NCBI GenBank assembly: GCA_045047305.1
Contig: JASFYO010000083.1
Location: 1 to 25,828 of the forward strand
Length of the DNA stretch: 25,828 bases
Source: Planctomycetota bacterium
GTDB taxonomy: Bacteria > Planctomycetota > UBA1135
Direction: 5' to 3'
Made by a program: the position numbers and the translations under genes. Numbering within the stretch: the stretch's first letter is position 1; each line of letters begins with the position of its first letter. The notes beneath the pieces were generated by a model. It was not told the origin of the DNA and did not search any database. It was given only the letters and a program-made list of their open reading frames with translations. Shown in pieces: positions 17,914-25,828 of this stretch.

Positions 17914-19148
17914 GCCCACTGGCGAAGCGCCTTAGCATCACCATGGTGTTAGTCGCCACGTTTTGGGGTATGGGACATCTGCTTGATAACCCCAATCCGG
18001 TTATCGAAGATGAACTCACTGTTGCGCCTTTGCTGAATCCGGTGATTGAGGTGCGATTAATGTCTTTAAGCGGGTCCGAACCAATCCCGATGCAAATTGC
18101 CGGACATTGGAAAATACTCGATGGCACTAAACCTGACCGCCCCATCCTGCACAGTGTCAGTGGTGGATTTGAAGGCAACTTATTCATCGATCCAACCGGG
18201 CCACAAATTGGAGCTTTCCGCACCAACCGCGATCACGTTGTGATTACAACCGAAGCAACTGAAGCGTTATGGCTAAACACCTTTCTGTATCCCGGCAAGC
18301 TGCATATCCGCACCAAGCGCGAAAAATCCGGACGCGTTTCTCGACTCGATCTTTCCTTGGAGATGCCACTCGAAGATTACGTCATGGGCGTGGTCTGCGG
18401 TGAAATGTCTAGTCAGCAAAAAGGCGTCCATGCCGCCTTATGCGCACAAGCGATTGCCGCACGCACCTATGCCTTGCAAAAACGCGGCAGTAAACGTGGC
18501 CTCCGCGATGACACCTTTGACCAAGTCTTCCTTGGCCTAGACTACCGCACGAGAGAAGCCGAAGCAGCCATCGACGCCACCCGAGGATTAGTTTTGCAAT
18601 GGGAACACTCCTTGCTGCCCGCATTCTTCCACGCGAATTGCGGGGGCGGCACGGCAAACGCGATGGAAGCCGGTTTTTCCAAAACGGATATTCTTCCCCT
18701 GAAGGGAATCCTAGAGCCCGCTTGCCGCACCCCACGCGGTATCTGGGAGCGCACCATCTCCGCGGAGAAACTGGATAGCCTGGCTACCCGCTACCGCATT
18801 GGTGATTGGCTTCAGGGCATCAGCACCATCGAAAGGGATGCCTCTGGACGCCTAATGCAGGTGCGTTTGCTCGGCGAGAAAAAACACGTTGATTTACTCG
18901 GCGAGAAATTTCGCGCGGCACTCAGTTTGCCATCAATGCAATTGATAGAAGTCCAAGTTCAAGAAGATGGATCCGCGGTTTTTCGTGGTCACGGTTGGGG
19001 ACACGGCATTGGCATGTGCCAAACCGGCGCCACCAGGATGTCGCGCTCAGGTAAGTCTTTCCAAGACATCCTGCAGCACTATTATCCTGGTGCAGAACTG
19101 GTGCCACTCACCAGTGAGCTCAAATACTTGCTCCCACCCTTGCAGTGA
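17910..19148 (+). CDS. SpoIID/LytB domain protein (putative lytic transglycosylase)
   Basis: LEDYVMGVVCGEM, AQAIAARTYA, DDTFDQVF, FFHANCGG, GHGWGHGIGMCQTGA and ILQHYYPG, with an N-terminal signal/TM segment. ATGA overlap with ruvB. Confidence 0.92.
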   Translation: MSPLAKRLSITMVLVATFWGMGHLLDNPNPVIEDELTVAPLLNPVIEVRLMSLSGSEPIPMQIAGHWKILDGTKPDRPILHSVSGGFEGNLFIDPTGPQIGAFRTNRDHVVITTEATEALWLNTFLYPGKLHIRTKREKSGRVSRLDLSLEMPLEDYVMGVVCGEMSSQQKGVHAALCAQAIAARTYALQKRGSKRGLRDDTFDQVFLGLDYRTREAEAAIDATRGLVLQWEHSLLPAFFHANCGGGTANAMEAGFSKTDILPLKGILEPACRTPRGIWERTISAEKLDSLATRYRIGDWLQGISTIERDASGRLMQVRLLGEKKHVDLLGEKFRAALSLPSMQLIEVQVQEDGSAVFRGHGWGHGIGMCQTGATRMSRSGKSFQDILQHYYPGAELVPLTSELKYLLPPLQ

Positions 19149-20278
19149 CATTCGGCTTCCAACTTCACCAGGGCACGGTCAATGGACCACGCCTCGGCAC
19201 CTTGACCACACTTCGTGGAACTGTTTCTACGCCCACATTTATGCCGGTTGCAACTCGCGGCATGATGCGCGGACCGTGGCCGGATCGATTGCGTCCGATG
19301 GGCGTGGAAATGATGCTGGCTAATAGTTTTCACCTTTTTGCGCGGCCCGGCGTGGAGATTGTCGAAGCCATGGGTGGGCTACACAAGATGATGGCCTGGG
19401 ATGGCCCCGTACTTACCGACTCAGGCGGATTCCAGGCCTTTTCACTAGCGAAAATCTCCAAACTAAATGACGACGGCTGGAAAATTGCCCACCCCGTTCA
19501 CGGCGCCATGGTTGATTGGACTCCCAAGATGGCCTTTGATGTGCAGGCTGGGCTACGGCCCGATGTCGCGATGATTCTCGACGAGTGTCCTGCAGAACCA
19601 CGTGAGCGCGACAAAGTTGCCGCTGCAGTATGTCGCACCTTACGTTGGGCCAAACTTCAGCGCGATATGCATGATGCGCGCGGTGGCGTCGATTGCGGAC
19701 AGGCCCAATTTGGCATTGTCCAAGGAGGCGTGTTTGAGGATTTGCGACAGCAGTGTGCACGTGAATTAACTGCAATGGAATTCGATGGCTACGCCATTGG
19801 TGGAGTGAGCGTCGGTGAAGGGCACGATGCCATGATGGATGGAGTGCGCCACAGCACTTCGGACTTGCCGCTTGAGAAGGTGCGTTACTTAATGGGCGTC
19901 GGTACCCCTTTAGATTTGGTGGAGTCGGTTGCGCGCGGCATCGACATGTTTGATTGTGTCTACCCTACTCGCACTGGGCGCTTCGGCACCTTCCTCAGCG
20001 ATGAAGGTAATCAGCACTTGCACAATGCTCGTTTCAAGGACGATCCAAACCCATTGGTTCCCGGTTGCACCTGCGACGCCTGCCTCACTGGTGTGCCGCG
20101 TGCTGCCTTGCGTGCCGGTCTAAAGGAAAAGGAAATCCTGCCTGCTTCCATGCTCGCGCATCACAATCTGCATTATCTAGTACACCTCATGCAGAAAATT
20201 CGGAGCGCAATCGCTGATGGCAGCTTTGAAACCCTTCGCGCTGGGATTAACGCGGTTTATCGAAAGCCAAAGCCTTAA
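19145..20278 (+). CDS. tgt: tRNA-guanine(34) transglycosylase
   Basis: TPTFMPV, LTDSGGFQ, LDEC, FGIVQGG, GGVSVGE, YLMGVG, DMFDCV, and the zinc site CTCDAC..H. GTG start overlaps the spoIID stop. Confidence 0.96.
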   Translation: MTFGFQLHQGTVNGPRLGTLTTLRGTVSTPTFMPVATRGMMRGPWPDRLRPMGVEMMLANSFHLFARPGVEIVEAMGGLHKMMAWDGPVLTDSGGFQAFSLAKISKLNDDGWKIAHPVHGAMVDWTPKMAFDVQAGLRPDVAMILDECPAEPRERDKVAAAVCRTLRWAKLQRDMHDARGGVDCGQAQFGIVQGGVFEDLRQQCARELTAMEFDGYAIGGVSVGEGHDAMMDGVRHSTSDLPLEKVRYLMGVGTPLDLVESVARGIDMFDCVYPTRTGRFGTFLSDEGNQHLHNARFKDDPNPLVPGCTCDACLTGVPRAALRAGLKEKEILPASMLAHHNLHYLVHLMQKIRSAIADGSFETLRAGINAVYRKPKP

Positions 20279-21977
20279 CAGCGGTTCCCCCGACGCCGAC
20301 TCCAATCAAAACCAGCATGGAATCGAGGGTCAGCAATAGGGTTTGATCGCTTTGGTAGAAGTCGACTAACTTGGAAATGAGAGCGAACATGGTGATGCTC
20401 ACCATGAACACCGCGGGCAGTGCAAGCGGCCAATAATTACGCCCCTTACGTTTCAGATAAACCGTAGCGGTCAAGAGAGCCAGGCCTGCAATCAGTTGAT
20501 TGGTGCCGCCAAAAAGAGTCCACAAGGTTAAGCCGGCTGGAAGTCCGTCGATCTTAAAAAAGGCGAAGAAGCAAATCGATGCGCACGCAGTGAGAGTAGC
20601 AGCGAATCGATTCTGCAAAACCAACCCTAGCCCTCGAAGCAAAGGTGACTTTGACCATGCCGCGCCGATTTCTTCTAGGTTGAATCGCAAAAGCCGAGTG
20701 GCCGAATCTAAGGTCGTGAGCGCAAAGGAGACCACTACCATCGCAACCAAGGTGGTGGCTAGCTCCAGTGAAATCCCGAGCCCAGCGATGAAGGCAGAAG
20801 AACCGCTGATAAAAAATCCCAACTTCTCGCCTAGGCCGCTGGCGGAATGCCAATCAGCATAGTGCAATGCCCAAGGATCCCGCCCTGGAATGACACAGGT
20901 ACAGGCGAGTACCGCAATCAAACCAAGCAAGGATTCCGCCACCATACCGCCATATCCAATCGGACGGGCGTGGGTTTCTTTGTCCAGTTGCCTGGCCGTG
21001 GTTCCACTTGCCACCAAAGAATGGAAACCACTTGCTGCACCGCACGCAATGGTGATGAAGACAAACGGAAGGATCGGGGGTGCGCCTTCAGGGTTAGGGT
21101 TAAAGGCCGGCGCATCAAAGCTTGGACCTTGCAAAAAGAAGCCAACGTACATCAGCAGCAGGCCCAACACCAACAGAAGTGAGTTAAGAAAATCCCGCGC
21201 CTGCAGCAACAACCAAACTGGAAGCACGCTAGCCAAATAGGCATAAGTCATCAGGAGCCAAATCCAGGTGGATTGCTCCGGCCAGGCGTCGCGAGAAAAA
21301 CCTAGTGTTGGAAATAAATAACCTAGGCCAATCAGCGCCAACAATAAAAGGAAGCCTACCGCGGTGACAGGTAGCAACGGCTTCTTCTTCACATACAGCA
21401 ACCAACCACAGGCTAAGGCCACCACCATCAATCCGGCAGATGGCATCACCACTTCTGGAAAACTAGTGGTTGCTAAATCTAGTGCATGGGGATCAAAATC
21501 GTCGCCCCAAGAAAACAGCTTCGAAATAACAAAGACAAACACCCCCATCGCTAGGGAAACACCGAAGAAAATCAAAGCCAGGAAAAGGCCTTTCGCTTTG
21601 CCGCCAAGAATGTCTTCGCATAAAGTGCCGATGCTTTCGCCGCGATGCCGAGCGGAAAGCACGAGCGCACTAAAATCGTGCACGCAACCAATAAAAACTG
21701 CGCCTAGAACCACCCATAACAAAGCTGGAAGCCATCCCCAAAACACGGCCACTGCTGGCCCCAGCATCGGGGCCAAACCGGCGATGGATGCATAATGATG
21801 ACCAAAAAGGACAATGGGGCGCGTCGGGACGAAATCGATTCCATCCTCTAATGCGTGCGCAGGCGTGACTGCATCAGCGTCAAGTTGAAACACGCGTCGG
21901 GCCAACCATGCACTGTAATAGCGATAGCCGAGGAAATAGCCGACAAGGGCTAAAGCAGTGACAAGTTCTGGTCCCAA
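20247..21977 (-). CDS. cstA: Carbon starvation protein A (peptide/pyruvate transporter family)
   Basis: TPAHALEDGIDFVPT, VLFGHHYASIAG, VLPVWLLLQARD, FITIACGAASGFHSLVASGTT, IGYGGMVAES, TTLDSATRL and WTLFGGTNQL. Confidence 0.94.
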   Translation of the reverse strand: MGPELVTALALVGYFLGYRYYSAWLARRVFQLDADAVTPAHALEDGIDFVPTRPIVLFGHHYASIAGLAPMLGPAVAVFWGWLPALLWVVLGAVFIGCVHDFSALVLSARHRGESIGTLCEDILGGKAKGLFLALIFFGVSLAMGVFVFVISKLFSWGDDFDPHALDLATTSFPEVVMPSAGLMVVALACGWLLYVKKKPLLPVTAVGFLLLLALIGLGYLFPTLGFSRDAWPEQSTWIWLLMTYAYLASVLPVWLLLQARDFLNSLLLVLGLLLMYVGFFLQGPSFDAPAFNPNPEGAPPILPFVFITIACGAASGFHSLVASGTTARQLDKETHARPIGYGGMVAESLLGLIAVLACTCVIPGRDPWALHYADWHSASGLGEKLGFFISGSSAFIAGLGISLELATTLVAMVVVSFALTTLDSATRLLRFNLEEIGAAWSKSPLLRGLGLVLQNRFAATLTACASICFFAFFKIDGLPAGLTLWTLFGGTNQLIAGLALLTATVYLKRKGRNYWPLALPAVFMVSITMFALISKLVDFYQSDQTLLLTLDSMLVLIGVGVGGTAVKALAFDKPR

Positions 21978-21993
21978 AGAAGGTTCTGGAGTT

Positions 21994-23241
21994 CTACTCG
22001 CGAGGAGGCAGAACGCGCAGTTCGGTGATGGCTAGAACCCGTCCGGCAGCCAACGACTTTTCTTCCCGCCAAACACCGCGCACCACGATTTCACGGTTGA
22101 CGAACTCCTGCAAGTCTTGATGTCCATCAAAGCTATGCATAGGCAATTCGCGCCCACCGCGCACCAATCGGTACGGCATGTTGGCATTCACCGACGGGCG
22201 GTATTCGACCCAACCAATCTCCACACTGGTCCCCTCCCCTGCGTAAACCATCGGTTTCTTCTCGGCCGTCAACAACTGGTCCAACCGTGACGCCTCATCA
22301 ATTTGTTTCGCTGCCAGCGCACGGCGCACATCGGCCGCCAAGGCTGAAAAGTAAAAACGCCGCAATCCATCAATCCGAGTCAGTGAGCTGCGCGCTTGCT
22401 TGATCGTGGGTAAATCGGTGCTATGCCAAATCACATTGCCAAACACCATTTCCAAGTTATCTAAGCGACGCCGATCCCAAGCTTGATTGTCCGCTGTCAC
22501 TGCAGAGGCTAATTCCTGCAACCGTTTCATCGCATGGGCGCGCTCGGTTTCTGGATCCTTCGCTACATCCACACTACGAAACAGCGGCCAATCCATTTCA
22601 TCGCCCGCTACCTCGACCGATGCCAAGGCATTCCCCATCTTCTCACTCGTCGCCTCCACGACTGTGTCTTTCGCGCCCTCTGATGGCTCTTCCTCCGATG
22701 CCACCACCGGGGTTTCACCTTGCAAAATCACCGGCTTCACAGCGCGTTTGCTCTGATGCTCTTTCCATATCCGTTGCCAACTAGCGGCATCTCGAGAAGG
22801 CGTCTTCAACTGACTAGTCAACAACCATGCCGAAACGGTCTCCGGAGCACGAACTTCAAACCAATCATCTTTTTGCCCCATAAGTAAAACCTTATCCCCC
22901 TTGCTGAAGTGCCCAAGTGGGGTGGATGAAGCATCGGTAGAAGGGCGTGGGCGAATCCTCACGTGTGAGGAAGTGATGGCGCCAACGCCGCCTTCCCAGG
23001 TGACATAATCCTTGTGCACCCACACGTTCAGCCCACCAGGCACACGCACTTTAGACCATGGGGTGTATTCGGTTACCACCTGTACCGGCATCCCTTTTTC
23101 CAAGGTTAATACATGCGCAGACTTCTTATCGTAGAAGGCAAACAGCACCGCATCGTCGGATGCGATTTCGGCGTAAGGAAAGGCTTCCTGTTGCGGCGGC
23201 GACGCCAGGAAAGTTGCGCTAAGGAGGAGGGATACAAACAT
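21994..23241 (-). CDS. Secreted tandem bacterial SH3-domain protein
   Basis: Two SH3b-like repeats (LEKGMPVQVVTEYTPWSKVRVP..WVHKDYV; VRIRPRPS..LGHFSKGDKVLLMGQKDDWFEVRAP..AWL), an acidic linker, a helical region and a beta-rich C-domain. Start ATG 23241 or TTG 23247. Confidence 0.8.
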   Translation of the reverse strand: MFVSLLLSATFLASPPQQEAFPYAEIASDDAVLFAFYDKKSAHVLTLEKGMPVQVVTEYTPWSKVRVPGGLNVWVHKDYVTWEGGVGAITSSHVRIRPRPSTDASSTPLGHFSKGDKVLLMGQKDDWFEVRAPETVSAWLLTSQLKTPSRDAASWQRIWKEHQSKRAVKPVILQGETPVVASEEEPSEGAKDTVVEATSEKMGNALASVEVAGDEMDWPLFRSVDVAKDPETERAHAMKRLQELASAVTADNQAWDRRRLDNLEMVFGNVIWHSTDLPTIKQARSSLTRIDGLRRFYFSALAADVRRALAAKQIDEASRLDQLLTAEKKPMVYAGEGTSVEIGWVEYRPSVNANMPYRLVRGGRELPMHSFDGHQDLQEFVNREIVVRGVWREEKSLAAGRVLAITELRVLPPRE

Positions 23242-23255
23242 GGCCAAGTACCAGT

Positions 23256-24611
23256 TTACGGTTGCAGTTCATCGAAACGAAGCACAACCTCGCGCCCAAG
23301 TGGCTCCCCATAAACGTCGTAGAGGCGGAAACTTAGCTCCGGATGGCTACCTTGGAAGCGAAAATCAAGGATGCCGAAGTTCTCCGCCACGGCCAGCGTT
23401 CCAGGAATACGTTCCGCTACTTGGGAATCCGGCTCCGCTTCACCAATGCCGGCGGCCAGGGGGGAACTGGTGAACTCCACCAAGGGGTAGGTGCCCTCGC
23501 GCTCCAAGCGCAAGGCCTCGCCGATATGCCGGTCCCCGCTAATCATGAGAACGCCAGGAATAGCTTCGGCAGAGAGAAAATCCAAAAGGCGCGCGCGCTC
23601 AGAGGGGAACAAATTCCAAGTCTCAAAGCGATGGTAAGTCGACAGCACTTGCATGCCAGATGCGATGACTTTGAAATCAGCGGTGCTGTTTTTAAGTCCT
23701 TGCTCTAACCAATCCCATTGCACGGATGAAAGCAGAACTTTATTTCGGGTGAACGCATCGTGATTGGGGGAACGAGCGTAACGAGTGTCCAACATAAAGA
23801 ACTCCACGCGTCCGATTTTGAATGCGAAGAACACTCCATCGGGGCCATCCAAACCCGCGGATGGATTGGGCCAGTAAGAGGTAAACAAATCCAAAGAAAA
23901 ATCGCGCAAGGGATAAGTACCATCCGAATCATTGGGACCATAATCATGATCATCCCAAATCGCGTATTGGGCACAGCTTGCAAGTAGTCCTTGTAAGTTC
24001 GGCATGGCCCGCTGCAATTCCCAGCGTGCTTCCATGGCAGCTGGATCATTCCACTCCTTCCCCTTCGATGCGTAATAAACATTGTCTCCAAGCCAAAGAA
24101 AGGCATCTGGATGCATGTTTTCAATCGCGCGAAAAATAGGCTGCGAAGGATCAATGCCCCAGTTCCCGGCACAACTGCCAAAAGCAACGCGGAATGAAAA
24201 AGCCTTGCCGTCGGCAGCTGGTGTACGAAATCTTTGTGGATGCAGGCTGGGCAAAACGACCTTGTTCTTTACCAAGCGATACCGATAAGCCGTTTCCGGC
24301 TGCAAGCCTGTGAGTTGACATTGGGCATAAAGTCGCCGCCCATCCATTTGCAGCTCCACCAAGTGCCCTACCGCATCCAATGCTGGCTCCCATGTGTGCA
24401 GCGCGTCCTCCCGTGCCAACTCAATCGAATACACACCGGGCGCCTTGGCGGCAACCCAAAGACGTACAGAATGAGGGCGCAAATCACCAAGCATCGGCCC
24501 CGAAATCAAGCCATCGGTACGTGCGCCGGGAGCAGCACAAGCAGGCAGAAGGATTAAGGCCAGGAGAATTATGGCCAGGAGAAGGAGGTGGGTAGTGAAG
24601 CGCAGCTTCAT
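23256..24611 (-). CDS. phoD: Alkaline phosphatase D family protein, predicted lipoprotein
   Basis: FGSC, LGDNVY, IWDDHDYG, LDTRY and SGDRH motifs. Purple-acid-phosphatase-type N-domain (LTGLQPETAYRY) and a lipobox LLPA-C. Confidence 0.88.
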   Translation of the reverse strand: MKLRFTTHLLLLAIILLALILLPACAAPGARTDGLISGPMLGDLRPHSVRLWVAAKAPGVYSIELAREDALHTWEPALDAVGHLVELQMDGRRLYAQCQLTGLQPETAYRYRLVKNKVVLPSLHPQRFRTPAADGKAFSFRVAFGSCAGNWGIDPSQPIFRAIENMHPDAFLWLGDNVYYASKGKEWNDPAAMEARWELQRAMPNLQGLLASCAQYAIWDDHDYGPNDSDGTYPLRDFSLDLFTSYWPNPSAGLDGPDGVFFAFKIGRVEFFMLDTRYARSPNHDAFTRNKVLLSSVQWDWLEQGLKNSTADFKVIASGMQVLSTYHRFETWNLFPSERARLLDFLSAEAIPGVLMISGDRHIGEALRLEREGTYPLVEFTSSPLAAGIGEAEPDSQVAERIPGTLAVAENFGILDFRFQGSHPELSFRLYDVYGEPLGREVVLRFDELQP

Positions 24612-24641
24612 GTCATGGTTGTAATGGCTAGCTGCATGTCG

Positions 24642-24650
24642 TGCTACACT
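24642..24650 (+). promoter_or_regulatory. Extended -10 promoter, leaderless, for rmuC
   Basis: TG-c-TACACT (24642-24650), followed by 6 nt and ATG 24657. Confidence 0.6.
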
Positions 24651-24656
24651 TCCTCG

Positions 24657-25828
24657 ATGGAACCTCTTTTTGTGGTCATTCTTGCCTTGGTTACCTTTGC
24701 AATCGGCGCATGGGTTGGCCTCTTAATCGGCCGCCTAAAAGCCCATAAAGCTGCGCAAACCGAAGCCAATCTTGGCCAGACGCGGGAATCGGACTTGCGG
24801 CAGCAGGCAATTGACCTAGACAAGCAGCTTGCCGCGGCTCTCGCAAAAGAAGAAGTGCTCCGCGCCACATATGAAGCTGAAAAGCGCACGACGGAAGAAC
24901 TGCGTCAGGAGATGCAGGTGAACTTCAAGGCCATCGCCGGTGATGCGCTTAAGGATAACAGTAAATCCTTACTGGAACGTACGGAACTACAACTGAAGCC
25001 TTTTCAAGAGCAACTAAAGGATCTCGCGAAGCAAACACGCGAATTAGAGGAGGCACGCGGCAAAGCTCAAGGCGCCTTGAAGCATCAACTCCAGGATTTG
25101 CAAGAATCCACCCACGCATTAAGGTTGAAGAGCGAATCACTCACAGTGGCTTTACGCGGAAGTTCACAAGCGCGTGGCCAATGGGGCGAGAATGTTTTGC
25201 AGAAAGTATTTGAACTTGCTGGCATGACAGAAGGCATGCACTTTCGCACGCAAGTCACAACGTCGGATGGGCAACGCCCCGATTTCTTGGTCATGCTACC
25301 TGGAGGCGATGCCATCCCGGTTGACTCGAAAGTCCCCATGGCTGCATATTTGGATGCGCAAGCCGAACAGGATCCAACCCGTAAAAAGGAATTGTTGGTG
25401 CAGCATGCGCAAGACTTACGCACCCACGTCCGCGCGCTACAGCGAAAGGATTATGCTGCAAGCGTGGAAGGCAACGTAGATTTCACCGTCATGTTCCTTC
25501 CAGGTGACCATTTACTCGAAGCCGCATATCAGGCCAATCCACAACTTCAGGAAGAAGCGATGGAGAAAAAGATTCTACTTACAACTCCCGTGACTTTACT
25601 TGCACTTTTGCGCACAGTCGCGCTTTATTGGCAACAAGAAAAATTGGCAAAGAATGCCGCCGAAATCGCAAGCTTAGCTAAGGAATATCATGCGCGTGTC
25701 AGCAAATTCACAGAACACATGTCGAAAACGGGTTCCGGACTGAACACAGCAGTCAAAGCCTTTAACTCTGCAGTACGGTCCTACAACAGTCGGGTTTTAC
25801 CACAAGGAAAACGCTTGGAGGACCTGGC
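24657..25828 (+). CDS. rmuC: DNA recombination protein RmuC, 3' end outside the window
   Basis: Not in the ORF track because it runs off the edge. Hand translation: MEPLFVVILALVTFAIGAWVG (TM), coiled coil, ALRGSSQARGQWGENVL, RPDFLVMLPG, PVDSKVP, DFTVMFLPGD, TPVTLLALLRTVALYWQQE, FNSAVRSYNSRVLP. Confidence 0.93.
   Translation, partial: MEPLFVVILALVTFAIGAWVGLLIGRLKAHKAAQTEANLGQTRESDLRQQAIDLDKQLAAALAKEEVLRATYEAEKRTTEELRQEMQVNFKAIAGDALKDNSKSLLERTELQLKPFQEQLKDLAKQTRELEEARGKAQGALKHQLQDLQESTHALRLKSESLTVALRGSSQARGQWGENVLQKVFELAGMTEGMHFRTQVTTSDGQRPDFLVMLPGGDAIPVDSKVPMAAYLDAQAEQDPTRKKELLVQHAQDLRTHVRALQRKDYAASVEGNVDFTVMFLPGDHLLEAAYQANPQLQEEAMEKKILLTTPVTLLALLRTVALYWQQEKLAKNAAEIASLAKEYHARVSKFTEHMSKTGSGLNTAVKAFNSAVRSYNSRVLPQGKRLEDL

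Noticed and set aside
24611..24628. TGTCATGGT/TGTAATGGC direct repeat next to the phoD start as a possible Pho box
   Set aside because: The period is 9 nt rather than 11, it abuts the phoD start codon, and it points away from phoD.
1..25828. Defence island, prophage or mobile element
   Set aside because: No integrase, transposase, phage or recognisable defence gene is present. The nuclease-fold genes (EEP, mutL, rmuC) are in housekeeping contexts.

Overview
Gene-dense bacterial chromosomal segment with about 20 CDSs, very short intergenic gaps and many stop/start overlaps. Gene content and protein style suggest a diderm, probably Planctomycetota/PVC organism (inference, not searched). Left to right: two coupled SPFH genes (-); a membrane EEP-family phosphoesterase (+); a YmfF/YmfH-like M16 peptidase pair followed by miaA (-); a secreted hypothetical protein (+); a coupled operon ubiE/menG-CPBP-ubiX-ubiA-like-holA-mutL (-); a 1049-aa Ig-like/beta-propeller lipoprotein (-); ruvB-spoIID-tgt (+); phoD-SH3 protein-cstA (-); and a partial rmuC (+). 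I saw no tRNA, rRNA, CRISPR array or mobile element. Most of the window is housekeeping. The best candidate for something undescribed is the stand-alone giant lipoprotein, which has a near-consensus sigma-54 promoter embedded in nested palindromes and its own terminator. Several transcription units also appear to be leaderless, with a -10 box 6-9 nt before the ATG.
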